Part shown: positions 28,494 to 38,227 of the stretch, piece after piece
Layout of the letters: each line of letters opens with the position of its first letter
How positions within the stretch are numbered: the stretch's first letter is position 1
The notes under the pieces: model-generated
Database searches by the model: none
The model's input: the letters and a program-made list of their open reading frames with translations, nothing else
Told to the model about the DNA's origin: nothing
DNA from: Patescibacteria group bacterium
GTDB lineage: Bacteria; Patescibacteriota; Microgenomatia; Daviesbacterales; UBA10151
Reading direction: 5' to 3'
Assembly (NCBI GenBank): GCA_038064895.1
Contig: JBBTSA010000002.1
Coordinates: 8,942-72,941, forward strand
Length of the DNA stretch: 64,000 bases
Translations under genes and position numbers: made by a program

Positions 28494-29588
28494 CTAAATT
28501 TGGACTGGGAAGCGATCAAGAGGCTGTCCACTCCTTCTGAAAGTTATATCCTCCTTCCACTGGTTTAACTCAAAAACCGCATCAGTTAAGACTTTTTGGG
28601 CCCTTTGAGGCCCTTGGGTCCCCAAAATTTGCTCAAAGTAAGTTAAGGGTAAAAGTCTTTTAGCCCTTTCTTTAAAAGGATTGGCCAAAAGTTCCAAAAT
28701 CTGCATTTTCGCATCTTGAGATAACTTCAAAGCTAACTGACTACGAGCCTCCAAATCTGTAGCATCATCCCAACTCTTTTTAGTTTTGAATGCCTGAGAG
28801 TGCAAATTTATAACCCTATCTTCAGAGTAATTCCTGTGGGCTTCCAATCTTCTGTAACGAACCATAAGTGAAATGGCGATTTCATCAATTTCTCTCATTC
28901 TATCCAAAATGCTTCCGCCTGCCCTTTGTAAAGCAGCAAAGCGTTTGAATCTGTCATCTTCAGTAAACATCTCTTCCAAAGCCTGACCTGCCCCTTTTAA
29001 ATATGGATTGGTCGAACGATTCAGTCTGCTGGAAAGTGTGCGAAGAGGATCTATCCTAAAACCTAGAGAAATTGAGGGCGTAGGTTGTAAAAGGCCTCTT
29101 GTAGCCTCATCAATTAGCCTTCTTACATCAAAAACCCAATCTTTGTGGCCCCCAATTACCACAGTTTGCACAGTTTGGTCAAGTCCTTGGGCAAATTCCC
29201 TAAGGCCTAAAGGGGGCATAACTTCCTCTTCACCTGTTTCTTTTTCTTCTTCAACTACCTCCTCAATACCTAGGTAGCGTTTTATAATTCGTACATACTG
29301 ACGCATTGGGCGTTCAATGTCATCAAAGCCAGAGGGACCCCCTTGATGTGACAATACCCTGACCAATCTTTGGCCCTCTTCACTGCGCTGGGTCTTCCAA
29401 CGATGCAAAAAGCTTCTGATATTACCCTCCTCATCAATCCCTATGTACCCTCGGCCATAATTTGGATGGCCCTGTCTTTCAATAGGATCGATAATCCTCA
29501 TTATCAAAGAGGGTTTTGTATTTGGCCAATTAAGCACTTGGAGAGGCTCTAATGGAGGTCTTTCAAATCTTGGTCTTTCTTCCTGCAT
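28494..29588 (-). CDS. Hypothetical protein
   Basis: 364 aa helical, charged ORF with its own TAAAAT box. Confidence 0.65.
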   Translation of the reverse strand: MQEERPRFERPPLEPLQVLNWPNTKPSLIMRIIDPIERQGHPNYGRGYIGIDEEGNIRSFLHRWKTQRSEEGQRLVRVLSHQGGPSGFDDIERPMRQYVRIIKRYLGIEEVVEEEKETGEEEVMPPLGLREFAQGLDQTVQTVVIGGHKDWVFDVRRLIDEATRGLLQPTPSISLGFRIDPLRTLSSRLNRSTNPYLKGAGQALEEMFTEDDRFKRFAALQRAGGSILDRMREIDEIAISLMVRYRRLEAHRNYSEDRVINLHSQAFKTKKSWDDATDLEARSQLALKLSQDAKMQILELLANPFKERAKRLLPLTYFEQILGTQGPQRAQKVLTDAVFELNQWKEDITFRRSGQPLDRFPVQI

Positions 29589-29617
29589 GTTGTCATTATT
29601 TTACCAGAAAATAGAAT

Positions 29618-30883
29618 TTGCATCGTGGATTCAATTGTTTTAGAATTGGCATGAATATGAGTAATCCAGAATCCAAAGCAAACAGGTGGCGTGTGGCAGG
29701 AAACAGTATCAGCGAAAAAATACCTCTTAGCCCGGAAGGAATGATGCTGCAACCCGGTGAACCGAATAGATCTATTACTTATTTGTTGTATGTTAAAGAG
29801 CAAACAGTCTGTATTGCCCACCTTATACCCCCGTCTTTGCAACCAACCCATCTCCAAAGAGTCTCTTTAGGCCGTTTTTCTCCTTCTATCACCTCTTGGG
29901 TAGAACGGGATCTTGGAGGATACCGAGCAAGGTATCAAGTTTTGGTTGAACAAGCAAAGGGAGAATACTTCCTTGAGGTAAACAATTTAGGCACTGAACC
30001 TATTTCAGTTTATCCGGCTGAAGCAACTGTACAAACACCTAAGCAGCCGACATCTGAAACCGAATTAACCACTAATACGGCAAAATCCGCGCTTTCCAGG
30101 ACTTGGCCATTTTTAACTGACAGGCAAATTGAGATTTTCTCAGGAGAGCTTAAGGCAGAACACTACAAACGTGGTGAAGTAATCCTTCAGGAAGGTGATT
30201 CAGCCGAGCCCCCGAAAGATAAGATGTTTCTTGTTGCAAAAGGCAAGGTTGATGTTACTGTGGGAGGTAGTCATGAATCTTCAATAACTCCCCAAAGTCC
30301 GGCTCCATATTTTGGTGAGAGAGCACTAATAACTAAAGAGCCCAGAAATGCAACAGTAATGGTAAGTGAAGAGAATGAAGAAGTACTCCTCTTTTCATTT
30401 AGTGGTGATAGCCTAAATAAGTTGAAACAATTATCGCCAGATTTAAAAAGCTTAATAGACTTAGTTATAAAAATCCGAGACGGCCAGAGAGTAACTGCAT
30501 ATGATTTGGCAGAAGCCATCAGGCTTCCAATAGCAATTCAAACTTCCTTTAAGTATGCACATAATTTTCTTTCTCGATTCTTAGATCTAGAAGGTTCATC
30601 TGACTACTATATCCAAGCGGCAAATAATGCTGGTCAGCAAACCGCTGCTGCAGAAAATTTGTTAATTGCCTGTGGCTATCTTGTAAGCGAATACCCTGGA
30701 CAAGGCAAATTCCCAGAAGTTATTGGTGAGGTTAAACGTCTTATTAGATTGGCAACCCAGCATTATGAACGGGCTAACAAACTACATGAGGCCGATACTT
30801 TAAGAGTTATTGAAGAGGAGTCAAACCTGGTTAAAATTGTAACTGTTTTAGCAGCTCAATATGTAGCCCAGCAAACTAATTAG
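29618..30883 (+). CDS. Cyclic-nucleotide-binding domain protein
   Basis: YKRGEVILQEGD...MFLVAKGKVDV...FGERAL...PRNATV; true start likely 29651 or 29657. Confidence 0.85.
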   Translation: MHRGFNCFRIGMNMSNPESKANRWRVAGNSISEKIPLSPEGMMLQPGEPNRSITYLLYVKEQTVCIAHLIPPSLQPTHLQRVSLGRFSPSITSWVERDLGGYRARYQVLVEQAKGEYFLEVNNLGTEPISVYPAEATVQTPKQPTSETELTTNTAKSALSRTWPFLTDRQIEIFSGELKAEHYKRGEVILQEGDSAEPPKDKMFLVAKGKVDVTVGGSHESSITPQSPAPYFGERALITKEPRNATVMVSEENEEVLLFSFSGDSLNKLKQLSPDLKSLIDLVIKIRDGQRVTAYDLAEAIRLPIAIQTSFKYAHNFLSRFLDLEGSSDYYIQAANNAGQQTAAAENLLIACGYLVSEYPGQGKFPEVIGEVKRLIRLATQHYERANKLHEADTLRVIEEESNLVKIVTVLAAQYVAQQTN

Positions 30884-31071
30884 AAATTCACCTTAATTCT
30901 TGCAGACTAATACCTTCCAACCCTTCAATAGATTCAGGGTAAACATAGTGGTTCGACAGGGATTTTCTGGAATCGGCATACGTACAAGATACTACACTGG
31001 GGTATTGAATTCAAACGCTTTGTAATTGTAATACTCTGAATTCTTTCTGTAATAATTTCCAACATAGTTTA

Positions 31072-31119
31072 CACTTCGACTACTTCGACTTCGCTCAGTA
31101 CAGGTTCGCTCAGTGCAAG
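31072..31119. repeat. Self-nested REP-like palindrome
   Basis: Minus strand cactgagcga[acctgtactgagcgaagtcgaagt]agtcgaagtg. Confidence 0.85.
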
Positions 31120-31171
31120 CCAGGGCCTGCAAGGTATTACCTTTCGGCACCATGTAGGCCAATAGAAGAAT

Positions 31172-31282
31172 TTAATGTTTAGATTTACTTGGTTTGGAGA
31201 AAACAGAATAAACAACAGCAAAAGCAATTACTACTAAGGCAAAAGCAATTAGAGCTAAACTATTGACTTCCCAGAAATTCAT
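31172..31282 (-). CDS. 36 aa single-TM peptide (not in the ORF track)
   Basis: MNFWEVNSLALIAFALVVIAFAVVYSVFSKPSKSKH*; ATGA overlap with the upstream gene. Confidence 0.65.
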   Translation of the reverse strand: MNFWEVNSLALIAFALVVIAFAVVYSVFSKPSKSKH

Positions 31283-31482
31283 TGTAATTCCTTTCTTAAC
31301 CTATATCCAAAGTATAAAGAAAGTATACCAGCCAGGGTATCTGCTGTCAATACGACCACTTTAGAAGAAGAATCTATACCTGGAAAGATCGGTGCAACCA
31401 ATGCCAAACCGAACCAAAATACGGAAAAATTAATAAAGAAATCCGCCAAGACTGAAATTAAATCTGAATCAATTTGTTTCAC
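31279..31482 (-). CDS. Small two-TM protein
   Basis: Two hydrophobic helices and a basic end; same layout as 40686-40877. Confidence 0.65.
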   Translation of the reverse strand: MKQIDSDLISVLADFFINFSVFWFGLALVAPIFPGIDSSSKVVVLTADTLAGILSLYFGYRLRKELQ

Positions 31483-31579
31483 TAACCATTAATTTACCAT
31501 ATTGCTTAAAATAGTTCGAATTTTCTCTATAATAACTTCTAACAAAGTTTACTAATCCCTGCTAGAAAATATGAATATT

Positions 31580-32251
31580 TTAAAAATTAACTCTTATTCT
31601 TGCAGTATCCAGAAATCCTAATGTTCCATCCGATGTTTTTGCCTGCAAAATATAAGTTTTACTGCCTGAAGAAAGGGTAAAAGTTTGGGATGAAGAAGTA
31701 GCAGAGGTTGTAGAAGTTGTTGTTGCTTCTGAAGAAACTGCAGATCCCGAGCTGTATAAACGTGCATAAAGTGTACCCCCCGGCTGATTTAGCCTCATGT
31801 TAACCTCAAGCTGCATGTTTTTGTAACCCGGATACTGGGATGGATCCAAACTGATCTGAAATGTATTTAAGCTTACCCAGTTTGTGTCAGAAATCTGCCC
31901 CCCTGAACCCAAAGGGATATAGACTGTGGAACTGGATGTTGTAGAAGCGGGAGCAGGAGTTGCATCTTCCAGGCTTGTCACTCTTTCTTTAAGTTCGGTT
32001 AAAGAAGCCTCCAGTGTTTTTATTCTTGAATCCAAAGATGCATCGGCAGTTGGCTTTGGAACTTTATCCTCAGGACGCTTGACTTTATCCTCTAAAGATG
32101 GTCCGGGCAAGCTTTGAGGCACTTCAACAGGCTCCTCCACACTTTGAGTTTGAGAAGTTTCCAGGCTCTTTTTTGCTGCAAAAAACCGGAAATATCCCAA
32201 AGCTCCAAGTATTAAAAGAGCAACCAGTATAAAAGGCATAAATTTTAGCAT
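31580..32251 (-). CDS. Membrane-anchored extracellular protein with coiled coil and beta domain
   Basis: N-terminal TM, LDSRIKTLEASLTELKERV, Ser/Thr-rich region. Confidence 0.7.
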   Translation of the reverse strand: MLKFMPFILVALLILGALGYFRFFAAKKSLETSQTQSVEEPVEVPQSLPGPSLEDKVKRPEDKVPKPTADASLDSRIKTLEASLTELKERVTSLEDATPAPASTTSSSTVYIPLGSGGQISDTNWVSLNTFQISLDPSQYPGYKNMQLEVNMRLNQPGGTLYARLYSSGSAVSSEATTTSTTSATSSSQTFTLSSGSKTYILQAKTSDGTLGFLDTARIRVNF

Positions 32252-32252
32252 G

Positions 32253-32861
32253 TTAGTTAAATTTAAAACTCTCTATGATTTTATCTCCTCCCTCCATTAT
32301 TTTAAATAGAAACATCCTGCCGTCTTTTGGGATTAATATAAGTTTTGGCTTGCCCGGAGAATAAGATACAATTGCTGATTTGGTTAATTGGCCGCTTATG
32401 GTTGCATCCAGGCTAGGTTCTATTTGGCTTTTTCGGATGTCATATACTCCCCAGAAAAACGGGTAATACCAAAAGTCTTTATACCATTTTTGCGCTTCCG
32501 TTTTTTCAGGATTCTCAAATACCCATAACATAAAAGGGACTGCTTGGAACTGGTCTTCTGTTAAATCCGCATTTTTGGGTTTTACAAGTACTCCTTTTAC
32601 AAATTTAGGAGGCTCATAAGTTACATAATATTTAAAGTTTTTCCTGTACTGTGTTTTTGTCCGTTTTGAATACTCCTCTTCAGATTCAAATACAGCCTCA
32701 AAATCTTCAGGATACCTAAAAGAGAATTTAAGCTTGGAATCCTCATAAGTTGAATCCGTTTTGAAGCTTTTGGGTGAAGAAAGTGGAGCCTGTTTAGGCT
32801 GGCTAAAATACCAGAATCCACCCAGAATAACCACCAGGATTAGAACAGCCTTGAGCAGCAT
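32253..32861 (-). CDS. Membrane-anchored PsbP-like fold protein
   Basis: TM, then TYEDSKLKFSFRYPEDF...IIESFKF. Confidence 0.6.
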   Translation of the reverse strand: MLLKAVLILVVILGGFWYFSQPKQAPLSSPKSFKTDSTYEDSKLKFSFRYPEDFEAVFESEEEYSKRTKTQYRKNFKYYVTYEPPKFVKGVLVKPKNADLTEDQFQAVPFMLWVFENPEKTEAQKWYKDFWYYPFFWGVYDIRKSQIEPSLDATISGQLTKSAIVSYSPGKPKLILIPKDGRMFLFKIMEGGDKIIESFKFN

Positions 32862-32932
32862 ATATTAATCATATCATAATTTGATTCGGACTGTTGACAG
32901 AATTACCGAAATTCTGTAAAATAGAAAATAAT

Positions 32933-33187
32933 ATGCAAACTACTTTTGAAGAAATTATTAAAATCCAACCAAGAGGAGTTTTTACCATACCTAAAAAGCT
33001 GCGGATAAATTTAGGGATCTCTGATAATAGTCTGGTTAGACTTAAGGAGGAAAGAGGCAGGCTGCTTATAGAACCTGTTAGGACCTTACCATACCCTGTA
33101 CGAAGTTATACCAAACAGGATATAGATGAGTTTATAGAATTTGACCAAAAACTTACTAAAACTTTGAAAGCAAAAGGAATATTGTAA
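32933..33187 (+). CDS. AbrB/MazE-family antitoxin
   Basis: KIQPRGVFTIPKKLR; TTGACA-17-TAAAAT promoter. Confidence 0.85.
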   Translation: MQTTFEEIIKIQPRGVFTIPKKLRINLGISDNSLVRLKEERGRLLIEPVRTLPYPVRSYTKQDIDEFIEFDQKLTKTLKAKGIL

Positions 33188-33622
33188 GTGCCAAAGGATC
33201 CTCCCCTAATACTATTTAATGCCTCAGTGATTTTGGCAGGGATAAAATCTCCTCTAGGTGGTTCTGCTAAGCTGTTATCTTGGAGCAAGCAGGGAAAAGT
33301 AATTGGTTTAGTAAGTGAGATTATTGTTGATGAAGCGCTAAGGAATGCAACTAGGATTCATGTAAAACCTCAACATATCAATAGGCATTTAAAAAGTTTG
33401 AAAGTATGTTACTCTCCTAAAGCTCAAACAGTGGCTAAATTTGAAAAAATTGTAAAAGATTTGGGAGATGCTCATGTTTTAGCATCAGCAGAGGAAGAAA
33501 AAGCCCAATTTTTGGTAACTTTGGATAAAAAGCATCTTTTGATATTGCAAGGTGAAATTAAAAAGTTTAAAATTGTTTCTCCGGGCCAGTTAATTGAAGT
33601 CTTATCAAGTATCCAAAACTAG
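33188..33622 (+). CDS. PIN-domain toxin
   Basis: ILFNASVILAG...DLGDAHVLASA...LVTLDKKHLL. Confidence 0.85.
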   Translation: MPKDPPLILFNASVILAGIKSPLGGSAKLLSWSKQGKVIGLVSEIIVDEALRNATRIHVKPQHINRHLKSLKVCYSPKAQTVAKFEKIVKDLGDAHVLASAEEEKAQFLVTLDKKHLLILQGEIKKFKIVSPGQLIEVLSSIQN

Positions 33623-33654
33623 CTGCAAAGGTAAGGTTTGTGAAGCTAAATTAT

Positions 33655-35124
33655 TTATCTGACCGCAGCGAAGTTTAGCTCAAGGAAATCCCTTGCACGC
33701 AACGCTTTTATAGCTGCAGCTGCTGTCACACTGTCAAACTGTCCATAGGCAATTGCTCTTAATGCTTCAAACGGATATAAAAGTCTGACATTTTGCAAAT
33801 CAACTTTTGTGCTTCTTTTGAAAACTTCCCAGTCTGTAGCTCCATACATCACCTCAGGCATCATTCGGGCAACTCCTGTGTTAACAAACAACCTTCCTAG
33901 GTGATAATCAACTGGCAGGCCATTATCTTTTCCGCTACGAATAGCTTCAGTCATAAATCTTCCATGCTGGAAGCGATATCCTTCAGCAAAAACCATTTGT
34001 TCTCCTTCGTTTTGTGCTGCCATACCAATTCTACTGATTCTTAAAATATCATTTGCAAGAAGGTGCCTTGCTATGGCAGTTAAAGTAAAAGGGTCATTTA
34101 TGTCTGGAATCCTTGAGAAGAATTCTCCCAAACTTAAAAATGCAAGTCGCATCTTTTCTGAAACTTCCAAATCTTGTGGTCCAAATGCATCTGAGGTAGT
34201 ATCCAGGCTAAAATAGCTTGCCTCTGATGCCTCAAAGGTTGGATCTTGAGGAATTTTTCCCATATCTTTAATATTTTCAGCTCTAAGCAATCCTGTTTCA
34301 TCTGATGCTTCTTCAACTGCTCTTTTTAAAACCGGCACATCAGTGAATTTCGCCTGAAAACCTCTTTTCTCTCCACCAAGTCTTGGGCTATAGAAACCTC
34401 TTGAAGTTTCCAGCAACCACCCTCCCACATTTGGCCTATATGTTTGCGCCAGTAAAAGTCTTGGTTCCATACCAAACTGCGGTGCTCTTACAGTTACATC
34501 AAAAACAGTACCGTCAAACCCACTGTCTGAGTTTGCATTGAAGACCATAGGCTTTTGCACTGTTTCACCATTCGGTTCTAGCACATTAAAGATAACTACT
34601 GTAAAAAATCTTTCGTTTACGGAAACTATATCAGCAATATCTACAACTCTTTCTGCCTCTGCATTAACGGTGGGCGGCAATGGCTTTAAATGTAATTCTG
34701 CTAATTTCTGATTGATGCTTTGTACGGTAGTATCCGCTCGGAGAATATCACGAGGTACGGGAAAATTACTTTGCGCTCCCCTTACAAATGGAACATAGAT
34801 GTTATTCATTGCAGCAGCTTCTCTTGTCTGGAAAAAGGTCCAAAAAGCACCCCTGGCGCCTGGTTTTACCTCACCTGTATCTGGATCTTGAGTATCTGGG
34901 CTAAATTGTGCTGGTAGCCTAACTAAGTGAAGTCCTTCGCTCCCTAACACTACAACCTCTTCCGCACCAAGTATTCCAATCTCCCCTTGTGTTACATCAC
35001 CAAGTCCCTCAAGGGTATAAGGATGAGCTAAATTATGGCGTGCGAGCACGCTATTTATCGGATCAAGTCTCTCTCTTGTTTCTTGAGCTTGAAGAACATC
35101 TCTTTCTATACCATTTCCAGTCAT
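33655..35124 (-). CDS. Hypothetical protein with a degenerate NUDIX domain
   Basis: QTYRP...LETSRGF...RAVEEASDETGL resembles a Nudix box. Confidence 0.55.
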   Translation of the reverse strand: MTGNGIERDVLQAQETRERLDPINSVLARHNLAHPYTLEGLGDVTQGEIGILGAEEVVVLGSEGLHLVRLPAQFSPDTQDPDTGEVKPGARGAFWTFFQTREAAAMNNIYVPFVRGAQSNFPVPRDILRADTTVQSINQKLAELHLKPLPPTVNAEAERVVDIADIVSVNERFFTVVIFNVLEPNGETVQKPMVFNANSDSGFDGTVFDVTVRAPQFGMEPRLLLAQTYRPNVGGWLLETSRGFYSPRLGGEKRGFQAKFTDVPVLKRAVEEASDETGLLRAENIKDMGKIPQDPTFEASEASYFSLDTTSDAFGPQDLEVSEKMRLAFLSLGEFFSRIPDINDPFTLTAIARHLLANDILRISRIGMAAQNEGEQMVFAEGYRFQHGRFMTEAIRSGKDNGLPVDYHLGRLFVNTGVARMMPEVMYGATDWEVFKRSTKVDLQNVRLLYPFEALRAIAYGQFDSVTAAAAIKALRARDFLELNFAAVR

Positions 35125-35213
35125 AAGTTAATTTTTGGATATTATCAAAATTTATAGTGCCTGTCAACCCTCTCTTTACACCTTGCATAAAAATATTCTA
35201 CTATATTTATACA

Positions 35214-36533
35214 ATGCTTCACAAAGAACCAAAGGAAAAACATGATCATGGGATTTTAAAATTTCCTGAAGGATTTTTATGGGGTTCAGCCACTTCTGCT
35301 TATCAGGTTGAAGGAAATAATATCCACTCTGACTGGTGGACCTGGGAAAAGGAACACCAGCCACCTACCATGCGCTCGGGTATAGCTTGTGACCAGTATA
35401 ACAGATACAAGCAGGATTTTGACCTTATAAAAGAACTTAACCATAATGCCCACAGATTAAGCATTGAATGGTCCAGGATTGAGCCAAAGGAAGGCCAGTT
35501 TGATGAAGAGCAGATCCAGCACTATCAAAAAGAGCTTAAGTATCTTAAGTCACTTAATATTACTGTCATGCTGACTCTTTGGCATTTTACTCTTCCAGCT
35601 TGGGTGGCAGAAAAAGGAGGCTGGGAAAATGGACAAACTCCCAAACTTTTTGAAAGATTTGTTAAAAAAATAGTTCCTGAGATTGCTGATTATGTTGACC
35701 TTTGGATTACCTTAAATGAACCGGGGGTTTATATTTATGAAACCTATATTGCCATGGAATGGCCGCATGGCAAAAAAAGTTTCTGGGCTCAGATTAAAAC
35801 TTTTCTAAACCTTACTTCTGCCCATAAAAAAGTTTATAAATTTTTGCATCAAAGCTTTCCTGCAGGAAAACCCGTAGGAATTGCCCAAAATGTTATGTCT
35901 TTTGAGCCATACCATAAACATTCAATCATTGAACAGGTTTCTGTTTCTTTAAATGATTTTTTTACAAATCACCTTTTTTATTTTTTAACCCGGGGTACTC
36001 ATGATTTTTTGGGAATAAATTATTACTTTCATGCAAGATTTAAACATAAAGGTCTTATTCCCGAAGCTGTAGGCTCATCTCCCATAACTCATGATGTATC
36101 GGATTTGGGCTGGGAAATATATCCTGAAGGGCTTTTTGAAGTTTTAACAGACCTTTCCGATGATATTCCTATATATATAACAGAGTGTGGAATAGCTTCC
36201 ACTAATGATGACAGAAGAAACAGATTTTTAATTTCTTATCTTCAGGAAGTGGCCAGAGCTATCAAAGCTGGCTGCAATGTCAGGGGATTTTTTTACTGGT
36301 CACTGCTGGATAATTTTGAGTGGCACAGGGGATTTGATCCCAGGTTTGGACTGGTGGAGGTGGACTATTCTACCCAGGAAAGGCATATCAGGCCTTCTGC
36401 ACTGGTGTATACAGATATTATTCAACACAGTGGGATTCCTCATTCCCTGCTTAAATTTTTAGGCCATACAGTCCAGGCAGAAGAAGTGCTGGAAAAAAGA
36501 CAAAAAGAAATGCTTAAGGAAAATTCCAAATGA
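35214..36533 (+). CDS. Glycoside hydrolase family 1 (beta-glucosidase-like)
   Basis: FLWGSATSAYQVEG, TLNEP, YITECG, WSLLDNFEW. Confidence 0.95.
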   Translation: MLHKEPKEKHDHGILKFPEGFLWGSATSAYQVEGNNIHSDWWTWEKEHQPPTMRSGIACDQYNRYKQDFDLIKELNHNAHRLSIEWSRIEPKEGQFDEEQIQHYQKELKYLKSLNITVMLTLWHFTLPAWVAEKGGWENGQTPKLFERFVKKIVPEIADYVDLWITLNEPGVYIYETYIAMEWPHGKKSFWAQIKTFLNLTSAHKKVYKFLHQSFPAGKPVGIAQNVMSFEPYHKHSIIEQVSVSLNDFFTNHLFYFLTRGTHDFLGINYYFHARFKHKGLIPEAVGSSPITHDVSDLGWEIYPEGLFEVLTDLSDDIPIYITECGIASTNDDRRNRFLISYLQEVARAIKAGCNVRGFFYWSLLDNFEWHRGFDPRFGLVEVDYSTQERHIRPSALVYTDIIQHSGIPHSLLKFLGHTVQAEEVLEKRQKEMLKENSK

Positions 36534-37420
36534 CTTATCTTCTTTTTGCCATAATCTCATATTTTCTAAATTCAGTAGCTGTCACAGTTGATAAATTTTT
36601 ACTTACTAAAACCATTCCAGACCCTCTGATCTATATCTTTTATTTCAGTCTGATAAGCCTTTTTGCTCTATTTGCCATTCCTTTTGTGCATACTCCATCT
36701 CTTGAGGTTTTCTTTTTAGCCTCCATCTCCACTCTGGCTTGGACCTTTGGTGCATATCTTATGTTTTGGGCCTTAAAGTCTGACCAAGTCCAACGGGTTA
36801 TTCCAGTAATAGGCACAATTACTCCATTAGTCCTGCTTATATTTGCCTCCCAAGCCCGTTCCATTACAAATCACCAGACTGTGGCTATAACTCTTTTGAT
36901 CTTGGGAATTATTTTTCTGACTTTGCAGGATTTAAAGGGAAAATTAATTAAAGAAGAAATAATTTTAGAGGTTTGTTCTGCTGTATTTTTTGCTATTTCA
37001 TATTATATGCTTCGTTTAGCATTTGAAAAAGAGAGCTTTTTAACAGTTTTAGTTTGGTCAAGGCCGATCCTTTTACCTTTAGGCATCCTGTTTTTAATAA
37101 TCCCCTTTTTAAGGAAAAAAATTAAATTCATTCTTCATTCTCCCAAGCAGATTGTCCAAAAAGGAGGACCAATCTTTCTTTTGGGCCAACTCTCTGCAGG
37201 AGCTTCTGAACTGCTTTTAACTTTTTCCATTTCTTTGGCAAATCCGGCCATAGTAAACTCCCTTCAGGGAATAAAATATGTATTTTTGCTGACTTTCAGC
37301 CTGATTTTGGGTAAAAAATATCCCCAAATTTTTAAAAATAAATTTTCGCCGGTATTTTTAACTAGTCAAATTTTGGGAATAGGATTTATAGGGGTGGGAC
37401 TATATTTGTTATTAATTTAG
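36530..37420 (+). CDS. EamA/DMT-family transporter
   Basis: About 10 TMs in two repeats; coupled to the GH1 gene. Confidence 0.75.
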   Translation: MTYLLFAIISYFLNSVAVTVDKFLLTKTIPDPLIYIFYFSLISLFALFAIPFVHTPSLEVFFLASISTLAWTFGAYLMFWALKSDQVQRVIPVIGTITPLVLLIFASQARSITNHQTVAITLLILGIIFLTLQDLKGKLIKEEIILEVCSAVFFAISYYMLRLAFEKESFLTVLVWSRPILLPLGILFLIIPFLRKKIKFILHSPKQIVQKGGPIFLLGQLSAGASELLLTFSISLANPAIVNSLQGIKYVFLLTFSLILGKKYPQIFKNKFSPVFLTSQILGIGFIGVGLYLLLI

Positions 37421-37421
37421 C

Positions 37422-38120
37422 TTAACACATTCTTCCGTCAAGATTTGCATAGCTGATCAAACATCCTCCGTCATCTTTGTCATATACAGTTATAAACTCC
37501 TCTCGACCTTTACCTTCCACCCAATTTATTGCCCAAATCCTATTAATAAAATCAGAATTATATGGATCTCTTTCTTGAAAATAAGCTTCAACAATCCCTT
37601 CTATTGGTCTGCGGGTTACTCCCTCAACTCTTATTACTGCCCCAAATTCTGTACTGGGGAGGTCCCTGACATTAATACCTGCAGGATCTTCAACCTGAAT
37701 TTGGGTAGGAGCCGGTGCAGATATAAATTCCAGTCGCTCCTCCCAGCGTGCCCTCATCCTTCGTTCAATAAGTTGGGAACGCGTCAGAGTAAGATTTCTG
37801 TCCGGGTGAATATACCCTGCTGAAATATTTTCCGATAGATCATCAAAATTTCTTATTGCCTGAATTGCAAAAATACTACTTCCGGCAAGCATACTCAAAA
37901 ATAAAAGTGTCCTCTTGCTGGAAATAGTAATTGTTCTCGGAAAGATAGAATCGTATATTCTACTTATTCCACTGCCAATGCTTCTTGTTAATCTAACAGC
38001 TCGCTCTAAAGGCTTTTCATTTATAGGAACAGCCATGGGAAGGTTTAAAGGAGCTTCCATTTGAGCCCTTGGAATTCCCCTGGAGCCATTTATTCTTTCA
38101 TGATCAGTATCAATATACAT
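37422..38120 (-). CDS. Single-TM hypothetical protein, possible SH3-like C-domain
   Basis: Central TM, GINVRDLPST; TTGACA-17-TATAAT-6-ATG. Confidence 0.55.
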   Translation of the reverse strand: MYIDTDHERINGSRGIPRAQMEAPLNLPMAVPINEKPLERAVRLTRSIGSGISRIYDSIFPRTITISSKRTLLFLSMLAGSSIFAIQAIRNFDDLSENISAGYIHPDRNLTLTRSQLIERRMRARWEERLEFISAPAPTQIQVEDPAGINVRDLPSTEFGAVIRVEGVTRRPIEGIVEAYFQERDPYNSDFINRIWAINWVEGKGREEFITVYDKDDGGCLISYANLDGRMC

Positions 38121-38227
38121 ATCCTAATTATACACTATGGGATCATAAATGTCAAACTGCCATCTTGTAGGCTGGAAATAAATACTTTAGAATGAGACCA
38201 AAATATATCTGTCCTGCGGAAAAATAT

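Noticed and set aside
30886-31065. Possible short minus-strand ORF or pseudogene (MLEIITER...)
   Set aside because: 43 aa, no recognisable motif, and frame continuity is unclear.
36170-36195. GH1 nucleophile motif ITECG instead of ITENG as a sign of inactivity
   Set aside because: Both catalytic glutamates (NEP and TE) are retained.
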